DNA of 64,000 bases from Macrostomum lignano. Taxonomy: Eukaryota. Of the stretch, positions 23,501 through 33,572 are shown piece by piece. Each line of letters begins with the position of its first letter. Within the stretch, counting starts at the first letter, position 1. The translations under genes and the position numbers were made by a program. The stretch lies in assembly GCA_002269645.1 (NCBI GenBank), contig NIVC01001405.1, positions 1-64,000 on the forward strand, written 5' to 3'. Under the pieces are notes generated by a model. It did no database searches, had not been told where the DNA came from, and saw only the letters and a program-made list of their open reading frames with translations.

Positions 23501-25764
23501 GAGTTGTCTGGAGGAGTAAGAGATAAGTCACTTTAGTTCCTTTGTTTTGGTTTAGAAGTAACGCTTAGATATGTCTTGTCGAGTTTGCTACTTACTAATG
23601 CAGTACTGGCCGACCTTTTTGTAGCCAGAGGGGCAAATCAACCGCCTGCAAAGCTTGCCGTGTCGCACCCAGCCAGATGGGCAGGTTTTAACGAATCTTG
23701 TCCTGACGCACATGCGACCAGCTCGCCTGTAGCCACTTGGACACCGAACGAAAACGCATCGACTGCCGCGCCTTACATAGCCTCCGGGGCAGCGGATCCT
23801 CCGACACGTGGATCCCATCCGAGTGTAGCCGCTGGGGCATCGACGACGCTTTTTATAGCGATAAACGCATGCGCTACCGCGCTTCACGTAGTTCTTTGGA
23901 CAAGCGATCCTCACGCAGGAGTAGCCGCGTTTATAGCGTCTGATCTTGCGGAAACCTTTAGCGCAGCTGCCGCTGTTCATTGTGCACTGGATTCTAGATT
24001 AGGTGTAGATAGATTAATTACAGATGTGATGTATTTCTGTTCCAAATTTTCTGAGGCGACAAAGTCCCAACAATGTCACTTACCTATAGCCACGACGCGT
24101 TCGGATCCGTTTCATCTTGTAGCCAACAGGGCACCTGGATACCACAACGACACAACGAACGCGACCGTCTCTTGTTCGCCTTGGAATCCGTTCACTAGGA
24201 CAGGTAAGGACACAGCGCTTACCCCGCCGCTTGTAGTTGCGCGGGCAAGATTTTAATATGCGAATACACTTGCTGCCTTTTCTCTTATAACCAGATCGAC
24301 ATCTGAAATGTTGCAACAATGGTATTGAGAGTTAAAAGCAACTGATATTTTACTTTTAGAGGCAACCAGATGGATTCAGTTAAATTCTTACCTTGCCCGA
24401 CCGCTGCGATAGCGCACACACCGAGCACCAACGCGGTAGTAGTTCTTGGGGCATCTGGTCCGGATTCGGACGCAAGTGAAGCCTTTCAGAGTGAAGCCTT
24501 TCCGGCAGCTCTTGCGGCAGCTGTTGCCAATTTTGGTGAACCCGGCAGGACAGCGGACCAGGTGGCAGCGGCCCTTGTAGACACGGTAGCCGGCGCTGCA
24601 GGCCAGTCCAAGCCGCTGGACGCATCGGCTGCCGTAGCGGGTGAAGCCGCGAGGGCAGGCCATCCGGCGAGCAACAACGCGTCTGTAACGGACGCACTTT
24701 GCTCCCCGACGGACGTACGGCTTCGGACAGTAGACCCGGAAGCACATGTTGCCTCTGCGCTTGTAGCCAGCAGGGCAGCGAGTGTACAGCCGCCTGGTGC
24801 AGGAGACGAAGCGAGTGGCAGCCAGCTTGCAGCGCGAGTAGCTGGATCGCCTAGCGACCCGTCTGACCCGCGCTCTGCTGGTCACTCGAGACCGCCGCAC
24901 CACCGAGCTGGTCCTGCGTATCCGCCGGCTGACGCGAGTGACGCGATATCGAATCGCCGCTCGTCGCACTCGCCGGGCCTTCAAGCGGCGGGCCCATCTG
25001 ACCCGGGCTTTGCGGCCGCGCATGGCTGCGGCCCTGCGAGTCCGACTGTAGGACAGGCCTTTCAGCTTAACCATGCTGCTGCGCATGCGCTTGTAGTAGC
25101 TGCGCATGCTTCTGCTGCAAGATGGGACGATGCGCATTTGGTTCGCTTGTTCACTCTCCGAGGTTTTAACGGCTACTTAGGCAGCGATTTCCTGATTTTT
25201 CTCGATTTCACCTTTTTACAAAAAAATAAAAAGGTGACCCCTTATAAATGTGAACTCGAGAAATTGTGACTGCCTGATACGCGACGACCGAGGCGACAAT
25301 TTTTGCAATGATAGCTGTTTTCTCTACGATAATAAAATAAAAATAATACTAATAGTAGTAATAATAATAACGATTAATTACACCTGCCCAAATTGGGCCA
25401 GATTCGCAACCGACAGCACAGCCTCAGCTATTGCGCGGCGCATCTGAAGGCTGTGTAATGGCTGTTTAATCCAAAGACCCTCAATTACCCCAGCTAATGC
25501 TGGCACCCATTTTACAGCTGGGTAAACTGAAGCGATGCAGAGTTAAGTTTCTTGCTCAAGGACACAAAGTTCAGGACTCGAACCCCCGACCTATAAGTCG
25601 TGAGTCCGACGCTGTAAACCACTAGGCTAAAATCCCTTGAAAAGGTTATATCTACAAAATCAACCTTAGCTTTTAGCTCACCTTTTGCCTTGACGAGCAT
25701 CGGCAAGCTCGCAGAAGACAGTCACAAATAGAAGAGCACTGAGGAGTAGCAGTGCGAGACGCAT
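164..25764 (-). CDS. Giant secreted Arg/Lys/Cys-rich multi-vWA protein (about 3,900 codons in window, 3' end beyond the left edge)
   Basis: Exons spliced by hand with phase-compatible junctions: 25764-25682, 25314-25274 (tentative, GC donor), 25172-24392, 24302-24084, 23993-23596, 23507-23457, 23225-23130, 23040-22799, 22708-22467, 18797-18161, 18077-17836, 17355-16904, 15758-15517, 15426-15185, 15080-14032, 12528-12287, 12196-11955, 11850-10317, 8814-8573, 8482-8241, 8136-6602, 5098-4857, 4766-4525, 4420-3969, 3881-3684, 3615-3170, 3085-2975, 2894-2778, 2051-1753, 871-677, 587-164. All other introns are GT-AG. The frame is broken only at 12038-12040 (TGA), ~10691 (-1) and ~3496 (-1). Confidence 0.75.
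1131..1463. mobile_element. Fold-back/MITE-like element in an intron
   Basis: About 135-bp imperfect inverted arms. GCCTGTCAACTTAAGCTCATAAAGTGGAGCCC at 1131 is the exact reverse complement of the sequence ending at 1463. No coding capacity; TSD not resolved. Confidence 0.7.
2485..2516. repeat. (TA)n microsatellite
   Basis: Visible TA run in an intron. Confidence 0.9.
2778..3881 (-). CDS. Follistatin-N-like modules and a SUEL/rhamnose-galactose-binding lectin domain (exons of the giant gene)
   Basis: Exon 3615-3170 reads CEHKTGTVSCPRGTTIDIVSGFYGR..KYC[-1]..TTSCS..IRSSCQNRQSCRLSASNSVFGDPCVGTLKYVEIRYRC, the SUEL consensus. Flanking small exons give C-x4-C-x5-C...C motifs (CKAVRCGRGKKC, CARIRCGRGRRC, CSTMKCRSGSRC). 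Confidence 0.8.
3969..5098 (-). CDS. vWA module copy (3 exons, about 2 CRRGY repeats)
   Basis: Exons 5098-4857, 4766-4525 and 4420-3969 carry DMAFVVDVTGSM, GGGDCAE and VYVFTDAS. The last exon ends in phase 1 and joins the exon starting at 3881. Confidence 0.85.
6602..8814 (-). CDS. vWA module copy with about 20 x 18-aa Arg/Cys repeats
   Basis: Exons 8814-8573, 8482-8241 and 8136-6602 are fully open; the ORF track shows the 482-aa portion. Confidence 0.85.
6731..7794 (-). repeat. 54-bp coding tandem repeat (CRRGYRRVKGRCVRYSRR), about 20 units
   Basis: Unit TCACGCACCTGCCCTTCACGCGTCTGTATCCTCGACGGCACCTTCTCGAGTACC; many variants are synonymous or conservative (R/K) in the minus-strand frame. Confidence 0.95.
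10317..12528 (-). CDS. vWA module copy carrying a GGA>TGA stop (12038-12040) and a 1-bp deletion (~10691)
   Basis: Near-identical to 6602-8814, but exon 2 reads TTCTCATGA instead of TTCTCAGGA and the repeat exon is 1534 rather than 1535 bp (plus-strand GTATCCCG versus GTATCCCCG). Confidence 0.75.
10446..11508 (-). repeat. 54-bp coding tandem repeat, about 20 units
   Basis: Same unit and same order of variants as 6731-7794. Confidence 0.95.
14032..15758 (-). CDS. vWA module copy with about 11 x 18-aa repeats
   Basis: Exons 15758-15517, 15426-15185 and 15080-14032 are open and in phase. Confidence 0.85.
14161..14740 (-). repeat. 54-bp coding tandem repeat, about 11 units, more diverged
   Basis: Includes variant units (KISRR, YSIRC, KYLRR, KFSRR). 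Confidence 0.9.
16904..18797 (-). CDS. C-terminal part of vWA 1 plus a diverged vWA 2 (three exons)
   Basis: Exons 18797-18161 (...ALDMAFVVDVTGSMSRV), 18077-17836 (FVLVPFADP...GGGDCPE...MYVFTDAS) and 17355-16904; junction phases 0, 2 and 1 are all compatible. Confidence 0.85.
19986..21179 (+). CDS. Intronless FkbM-family SAM-dependent methyltransferase with N-terminal membrane anchor; one in-frame TGA at 20793-20795
   Basis: N-terminal hydrophobic segment (VFLVACASIALITVTYFV), motif I FLDIGSNLG, VVAIDA and the FkbM-type KMDIESGE. ORFs 19986-20795 and 20886-21179 are in the same frame, separated only by GAC-TGA-AAA. Confidence 0.8.
22467..23040 (-). CDS. First vWA domain, N-terminal two exons
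   Basis: Exons 23040-22799 and 22708-22467 are near-identical to the tandem copies. The phase-2 donor matches the acceptor at 18797. Confidence 0.8.
23130..25172 (-). CDS. Arg-rich region and CPxGY..C repeat exons of the giant gene
   Basis: Five phase-compatible exons encode a protamine-like R/S/A stretch followed by many CP(S/K/A)G(Y/F)xRxGxxC units. Confidence 0.8.
25350..25627 (-). mobile_element. tRNA-derived CORE-type SINE in intron 1
   Basis: The minus strand has an A-box-like CCTAGTGGTT and a B-box GGTTCGAGTCC. These are followed by GTGTCCTTGAGCAAGAAACTTAAC...CAGTTTACCCAGCTGTAAAATGGG, which resembles the MIR CORE domain, and an (ATT)-like tail. A second partial copy lies at 56580-56688. 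Confidence 0.7.
25682..25764 (-). CDS. First exon: signal peptide
   Basis: MRLALLLLSALLFVTVFCELADA-RQGK followed by an AG|GTGAG donor. Confidence 0.75.
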
Positions 25765-25865
25765 CTTGTAATCTGAAAGCAATCCGAGGTTGAGTTCCGC
25801 TTAAGATTCTGTAAACTAGGTGTGCTAGTCGTGGAATCGCTAGAAAAGACAATCACCACTCACCA

Positions 25866-26559
25866 ATGCGTCCAGCCCAGCAGTTTGAGAACGAAAGTTT
25901 TGAAGACAACAGTTTTGAAAGCAGAAGTTCTGAAGGGGACCACAGAAATCGCAGTCGCTCTGCGGGGCCGGGAATTTATTTGGAGCAAAATCTGCTGAGC
26001 TGTGGAATCAGATCCGTGTCAGCTGCGAAGTCCTGCGTCACTCGAGCCCCACCCCCACAGCGCCTTTCTCTTCTGCAGAGTCAGCCAAGATCAAATCGAT
26101 ATGCTTGTTGCCCAGGTTCTGCACACTCGCAGGGCATTTGATCCGAAGAGTTGTAAAAAAAAAACGCTAAACTCGGAGATTTTCGCCGCGGCCATTCAAT
26201 GCCCGGCTTCATTTGAAAGAATAGACAAAAAGTTTCTCAAAAAATCAAGGTCGGTTTTTCCCAAAAGAATTTTCCGACAGTTGCAGAAACTGATTGCTCA
26301 GTTAAAAAAACGGAAGCTTTCGGCTGAAGATCAGGTTTCAGTGGCTACAAAGTTGAATTCTATTTTTGTCGTTCTAAAAGATTTTGGAAGGCTACGGCTA
26401 TGGGGTACAGCTCAATTTTGCCACGAGTGCCTTCGAGAAAGAGTTAGACTCCAACAGCGAGTGAATTCACTTTTTGACTTGGTGCAGGCTGAGCGGGATA
26501 GAAGTACAATCTCCCTTTTCTTGTACGGCTTTTACTTTAGCTATGCATCTGTTGGATAA
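25866..26559 (+). other. Possible degraded or frameshifted coding sequence, divergent from the giant gene
   Basis: Overlapping ORFs of 91 and 185 aa with helical, charged composition; no recognisable family. Confidence 0.25.
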
Positions 26560-27406
26560 GTGTAAAGTCTTAAGTAACTCTGGTAGGGTAATCAGGTAAA
26601 TTGATTATCATGACTCGATAGTCTAAAAATACAGCAATTTCTTAATCTGCTTTGGGCCATATTTCTGCTTTCAATACAGTGTAGAAAAAGGTGAAACGCA
26701 GCAATACGTCAGCTGTTGAACTCTGTCACTAAGAAATTTGCTGTCAGAAACTACAATTTCTAGCTGAAAACTGACACCACCTCGTGTCGATTTCTTTGTG
26801 TCAATAATTCCCCCGTGTTGTTTTCCATCGGCAACGATCAAAATGTCCAGTTGTTTCTTATTTAACTCGCTCTAAACTTTGAAGCCAGATTCTGTCTCAG
26901 CAGGTTTTTCGCGGCATATACTGCTGAAGTCAGCTATAGTGAGAAATAAACATGCTTACAGAGCTGATGGCACAATAATAAAGATAATAGTTTATCAGTA
27001 GAAGCGAATCCTGAGAATCTCAGGAAATCGAGCCTAAAATAGTTGGCATTCTTTCACCTACGTGCTTCGCCGTCAACAAAGTGAGTGTGACTCAGCTGTG
27101 TGCCTGGCAGATCTAAAAAAATAGCAGCACCAGCGCATCGCTCGTGTTCAACGATGTTCCTGTGCCCCTGTGCTGTTTACAATTCACAACTAATTGGCTG
27201 AATCAACTATTTATTGAGACTCGGTTGTAAAAAAATCTTTAAATGCTCCGCCACTTCTAGCCTGCAATGCATTCTTTTCAATAAAAATTCCCTTTTCATG
27301 GAGAACATGACTTTAGCGCGTAAGTTACAATACTATTCTCACTCATAGTTGATTTCAATTTTTAAAGAGTTTTCTGTGTTCCTATTATTCAATTCCTAAC
27401 TTGCAG

Positions 27407-28125
27407 ATCGCTTGTGTTTGTAGTCACAGTGGCCTTGACCTCTGCCCTACTGGCTGTCACACTCACCATCGCTATTGTGCACCGCTGGAGGAGGAGAGCT
27501 CGGCAGCGTCACCTCCATGAACGGGTGCTGGGTCTGCCCCATGCAAGGATCAGAGCGGTTAGCCAGTCTCACCGATGCTCCTTGTGCACCCGCTGTTGTG
27601 GACTCGAAAAACCGGAACTAAGACGCTCCAGCTCAAGCATGGAGGTCGGCACTTCAGGCCATTCTAGTAAGTTCTATTTTCGCAGAGTCTTTGCCTCAGG
27701 AAAATGTCTACGCCAGCAGAATCCCCATCTGGAATTTCAGTTGCGGTGATCTCGGACGGCTCCCTGCAGCTTCCAGTGGACGCCCGTCAGCAGTTTTGTG
27801 TTCATCGGTGGGCTGCACGGACGGCGGTCCAATGTCCGACGACACTTCAAAGCAGGACTTCGTTGAGTTGGAGAGCTCGAAGACGCGCGGAGCAGCTGCA
27901 GCGGCAAATCCATTCGTTTCTTCATTGGCAGCGAGTGCAGCTTCTAAACGAGCCGTGCATGTCCGCGGAGTGTCACATTTGATCACACATTCTCGTCTGC
28001 CTACACTGGGTCTCCCTTCTAGCAAAAGCAATAGCAATTTTTGTGCTGAAAAAATGAAAACCTCCTATCTCCATAATGTATTTTTCTGTAAAAACCTGCC
28101 TTCTAAAATTTTCCCAGATACCTAG
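27407..28125 (+). CDS. 3' exons of a single-pass membrane protein of unknown family
   Basis: Acceptor TTGCAG at 27406, TM segment LVFVVTVALTSALLAVTLTIAIV followed by a basic stop-transfer HRWRRRAR, a Cys cluster and an ENVY motif. The two frames are joined by removing 27667-27685. Confidence 0.5.
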
Positions 28126-29415
28126 GTTTACGTCCTTCGATTTGAGTAGCTCGTAAGTCCTGGCTCAATCGTGCAGAATTGCTTATTTCTATGGCAAAAC
28201 ATCATTAACACACGCAGAATGAAACGAGAATGTGATTCAAGAACTCAAACTTGTGGGTCTACGGCAAAAGCACACGACGCACTCCTGAAAAGCTCAAGCA
28301 GACAGATACTATAATATCACCGCAAACTGCATTAGCGAGTAGGAATTGTCAGTGTTTGAGCACTGAATGCACCAAATGTACGTGAGTATCTCAGTTTCTG
28401 AACTTCAATTTGCAAATGGAGCCAGCATTGTGTCTTTAGGGCTGATGTACAGGTCTGTCTAGATAAAGTTTAAAGAAAGATTTATTATTGGCCATGAAAA
28501 AAAATCGATTCGGCAAAAGAAACATTGAGAAGGCAGGGAAAACTGAAATTTTGCCAGCACTTTGCTTGCCAGCCTCATCCGGTAGAAGTTTCTCTTTAGT
28601 CTGCAGTTCAAAAGTATGGTTACACTAATTTAATGCTAGCTACTTTGCTTCCGTCCATTCTGCTTGCTGCCTGTAAAAGTTACCTGTTTTCTATCAGCTC
28701 TGAATTATTGATCCGTTAAAAGCTGTACATACTACTCAATTCAATAAATTCGTTTTAAACTGAAGTAAGAAAGTCCCAAAGTCCAAAGTTGCATTGAATC
28801 TGAATAATATAGCACTGACTTGGTCGCCTTGAGCAGAGAAGGGGGTCTTCACTGAAAGGTAATTTTCAAGCAAAAAATGTCTTACATTACAGCGGAACCG
28901 CACTTCTGTACACGGATACGAAAGTCAGTTAGTTATCTTCTGCCGGAGACGCAATGGACAGAACCGGTCTGTGCTGTACTGAGCGATGTACAATTTATGA
29001 TTTAAAGTACTGCGATCGGGAAAGGCGGACAGGGCATCAAATAAAAGCAGCCGTCTCCGGGAAAAATAACACAGGAACTCGGGCAGAGATACGAAAGCAA
29101 AAAAATGTTCGCACGAGAATTCAAACCTGAGAAAAATGTCAATAGATCTTGGCCGCTTGCTCTGACTGGAAATTGCTGGGGTCAGTCATTCTCGCAGCAG
29201 ATTGGGTCAACGAATATTGGCGGCGTGGGGGCGATGATGTGCAGAAAGGGCCAGCTGGAGTGCGACGGAGCAGTGGCGGGGCAAGATGACATCGATGCTT
29301 CCCATGATCCCATGCAGGCTTATCCCATGCTTGCATTCAATCAGAATCAAAACTTATACCGCTTAATCTCATCGCATAAATGCTTGTCCGATCTGATCTC
29401 ACTTTTTATCATCTT

Positions 29416-29650
29416 CATCCCATCCCAACCCATCCCATCCCATCCCATCCCATCCCATCCCATCCCATCCCATCCCATCCCATCCAATCCCATCCCAACC
29501 CATCCCATCCCATCCCATCCCATCCCATCCCATCCCATCCCATTCCATCCCATCCCATCCCATCCCATCCCATCCCATCCCATCCCATCCCATTCCATCC
29601 CATCCCATCCCATCCCATTCCATCCCATTCCATCCCATCCCATCCCATTC
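29416..29650. repeat. (CCATC)n pentanucleotide satellite
   Basis: Direct inspection; it starts just after a splice donor. Confidence 0.95.
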
Positions 29651-32324
29651 CTACTTGACATCGTAGCGGCTGTACAGCAGGCAGCGCTCGTATTTGCACT
29701 TGATGTCGGTGATGGGATCTCTGGCCTGCTCTGTAGCGACTCCCCGATGTCTGCAGCCGACAGCGGCGGTTGCCGGTCCGTCGCCACTTGCGCAGCCAGC
29801 GGGGCCGCGAGGACCGCAGGCGCCGCCGCTGCCGAGCGCGGCTCGCAGGCAGTTGCGCAGACACGTGGCCCGCGCCTGCGCCTGGCGAATCTCCGCCTTC
29901 ATGCGGGCGGCCGGCATCGAGTTTTCCCAGCTGCAGCCGCCGAAGCCGCGCCGCTGCTGATCGACCCGCTTCCGGCGCTGGCGCTGCTCGTACTGGCGCT
30001 TTAAACGGTCGGTGAGCAGCTGCAGACTCTTCACCATCCTCTCCACTTGGACCACCGTGTTACTGGATTGATAAAAATAAGCAGCATTGTCACACCATCC
30101 TGATATAACTCAATCCTGATGTCACTCCACCTAATGTCACTCCACCCTAATGTCACTCCATCCTAATGTAATTCAATCCTAATGTCACTCCATCCTAATG
30201 TCACTCCATCCTAATGTCACTCCACCCTAATGTCACTCCACCTTAATGTCACTCCACCCTAATGTCACTCCATCCTAATGTAATTCAATCCTAATGTCAC
30301 TCCACCCTAATGTCACTCCATCCTAATGTAATTCAATCCTAATGTCACTCCATCCGAATGTCACTCCATCCTAATGCCACTCCACCCTAATGTCACTCCA
30401 TCCTAATGTCACTTCATCCTAATGTCACTCCATCCTAATGTCACTCCATCCTAATGTAATTCAATCCTAATGTCACTCCATCCTAATGTCACTCCATCCT
30501 AATGTCACTCCACCCTAATGTCACTCCACCCTAATGTCACTCCACCCTAATGTCACTCCACCCTAATGTCACTCCATCCTAATGTCACTTCATCCTAATG
30601 TCACTCCACCTAATGTCACTCCACCCTAATGTCACTCCATCCTAATGTAATTCAATCCTAATGTCACTCCATCCGAATGTCACTCCATCCTAATGCCACT
30701 CCACCCTAATGTCACTCCATCCTAATGTAATTCAATCCTAATGTCACTCAATCCTGATGTCACTCCACCTAATGTCACTCCACCCTAATGTCACTCCATC
30801 CTAATGTCACTCCATCCTAATGTCACTCCATCCTAATGTCACTCCATCCTAATGTCACTCCATCCTAATGTCACTCCATCCTAATGTCACTCCATCCTAA
30901 TGTCACTCCATCCTAATGTCACTCCATCCTAATGTCACTCCATCCTAATGTCATTCGATTCTAATGTCACTCCATTATCACGTCACTCCATCCTTATGTC
31001 ACTTCATCTTAATGTCCCTTTGTCTTTGCTTTGCGATACTTATTTTAATTTTAATTTACGAGTAGTTGAGTACTCATATACTTCTGAGAATATATCTCAC
31101 ATAATCCCAGAGTCACTCCATCCTAATGTCAGATTCACTCCCTTCCTAACTGAAAGCTATCTCGCTGTCCCCCGAGCCGCTCCAAACTCACGCGCAATTC
31201 TCGCGGCCCTCGGGCGGCTCGTTTCCACTAATCCCGCTGCCTCCATGGCCGCCACCTAAGCCGTCCTTGAGGTAGTTGAAGTCCACGTTGCCGCCAGTGT
31301 TCGGGCCGTCCGGGCTGGCGGCTCGCCAGCTGCCGCCACCCTGCTGCAGTCGATGCTTCTTCTTTGTGTGCTCCGGCGGTGGCTTTCGACCGCGGCGTAC
31401 AATGTACTGCCTTCGGTTGGACGCGTTCTGCGACACAAGCGACAGGGTGTCGCTGATGCCCGCCATTCCGGCTTGGCGATTGCTTCTGCTGGTTGCAGCC
31501 GGTTGCTGCACTTGCTGCCTTTTCTGCGGCTGCTCTTGTTGCTGCTGCTCAATCTGGGTTTGTCGAGCCTCGACTTTTACTTGTTTCGTTGCAGGCGCGC
31601 ACTTGGTTGCGGCGTTAACTGCACCTACACAGTACATTGTTACATTGAACTCCTAGGTAAATAGCTCGGATTATTGCTTGCAAAAGTGGAAACAACTCCA
31701 GTACGATAAGCCGGACTCACAACATCGTCCAATTTTGGGGCTCTCCTCCGAGCTGTCGCTGATTGAAAGGACGTTCAGAGCGTTGCAGTTGCTGGTAGTG
31801 CAGTTGCTGCAGGGACTCCGACTGCAGCCTTCACCGCCGCCACCGCCGCCACCGCAAGCATCGCGTTTCTGCGATTCCTTCTGCTGCTGCTTCTGCTCAG
31901 GCTGTTTCCGGTTTCGCTGCCTTCTTCGCCGGCGTTCTTTCGACTTGGCGAACAGGCGGTCCAGCCGTTCCAGCTGCTTGTCGATCTCCGCTGCGGCTGC
32001 TGCGGCCGCCGATGAAGCAGCGGAAGTTGCGGTTCCGGTCGGCTCGACAGGCTGCTGAGCGTTTGACAGCCAAGCAAGTTCAACAAGTCTGACCAGCTGG
32101 AAACTTCTCTTGATATCCCCTCCACTACTCTAGGCCTGGTCGCATTTGATGCATCGCTACACTGTGGATGCAGATGCATTATCCATTAACCCAACTAGAC
32201 CAGAACCGAATGAAGTCCTACGGTCTACAGTCCAGAGACCTACCTTTGCTGCTGAGCGCGGCTGCTGACGACTGTCGCTGAGGTTGTCAATGAGGGTGTT
32301 AACCGAGGACAGCAGGTCCGCCAT
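29651..32324 (-). CDS. Multi-exon gene of unknown function with low-complexity Q/A/G-rich and coiled-coil-like segments
   Basis: Exons 32324-32244, 32096-31721 and 31624-31192 splice in frame (phases 0 and 1). An exon at ~30062-29657 follows, but that junction phase is unresolved. Confidence 0.5.
30096..30953. repeat. 16-bp minisatellite (CCTAATGTCACTCCAT)n, intronic
   Basis: About 50 units with variants such as CCTAATGTAATTCAAT. Confidence 0.95.
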
Positions 32325-32615
32325 GTTTGACGCACCGCCGGGGGTCTCCGCGCATCGTTTTGAGCACTTCATTGATGTTGTGCGAGATTTAAAATATAAA
32401 AGCTACGCTTGTACTCTAAAGTTTCAGGCAGCAACTTGTAATTTGAATGCATACAAATGTAAATAACTGGATTATCTACAAACTGTCACAAAACTCTATG
32501 GTTGAAGTTTGGCAAAAAAAGTTTCTAGCTTAAATTGAGAATTAAGTCATAATTTCATTTTCAAGTTGGATTCGCGTAGCAACTTATGATATTCAATTCA
32601 TATTACTGCCTGTTG

Positions 32616-33314
32616 ATGCTGCGCCGAGGAGGAAGCGGATCCACTTGCGTGACTCCAATTGTTGCAGTGACGGTCCTGTGCCTGCTGTGCGGTGACGCGG
32701 CTGCATGCGGAGCCAGTGAGTTTGCCAGCCATCCAGGCTTTGCGCATCTCGGGTACAGAATTGCTTTTGATTACATCTTGCTCATTGTATCTCAGCCGTT
32801 ACTCATCCCATCGCAATTTCACATCCTATTCCCTTTACAACGTCGCATCATCACAGTGATTAAACATTTTCAAAATCGTACAAAGTAAATAATTATTATT
32901 TGCAAGGTTATGGACAGTCTGGCGCAACGCCTTCGGCGACATCCGTCCATCAACCCAAGCTGAGGCTCCTGGGCACATGTACAAGCGCGCCAATACTGTA
33001 CGCAGGCACGTACTCATACACAGCTCACACAGGGTGTACCGCAGCTCTGGCATTTTGATCGTCAGGCATGTACAGTCTCTGTGCTTGGGGACTGGCTTTT
33101 AACGCACTCCGCCACCTTCTATAGCGCGTATTCAAAATCACAAATAGCCAACAGGTGCGGCTTGGAAGGCGAGGCCTGCTACCTGTTCTACGGCTACAGC
33201 TCGTACGGCGGCATAAACTACAACTCCAAGTGCTGCGATGGACTCAAATGTGTCGAATTGAAATGCCACTCTAAGCCGAGACCAGATCAAAACCCAGGCT
33301 TGGTAGAGATTTAA
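32616..33314 (+). CDS. Secreted inhibitor-cystine-knot (knottin)-like peptide precursor, 2 exons
   Basis: Exon 32616-32715 (MLRRGGSGSTCVTPIVAVTVLCLLCGDAAACGA, phase-1 GTGAG donor) plus exon 33148-33314 (TNRCGLEGEACYLFYGYSSYGGINYNSKCCDGLKCVELKCHSKPRPDQNPGLVEI). Cys framework C-C-CC-C-C. Confidence 0.7.
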
Positions 33315-33572
33315 ACAGCTGTCAACGCCAATGTGCACGAAGCTGACTCGTTTTCGTGATTTTTTGCGATCGAACGATCAAAGTTATTGCGCGCAAGCAG
33401 TTGTATGTAACTCTGTTAAAGAGAAGTGTATTTGGTGGATTATACCAAATCTTAAAACATACAAGCAGTCAACGGTATAGGGGGTACTGGATCAGGTTGC
33501 ATTGGGAGCAGAGCTCGAATTTCACTGCCTAGGTGTAGACCAGGTGTCTCCATGTTTTCCATCTGAATCGGT

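Noticed and set aside
25384-25443. Candidate exon MRRAIAEAVLSVANLAQFGQ
   Set aside because: It is out of phase with the signal exon (gives TAG) and lies within the SINE body.
164-25764. Identity with the known adhesive protein Mlig-ap1
   Set aside because: That protein uses C-type lectin, vWD, TIL and EGF domains. None of these is seen here, where the domains are vWA, SUEL and follistatin-N-like.
29105-30004. ORFs with IPSHP or GWDGM repeats
   Set aside because: Translations of the (CCATC)n satellite.
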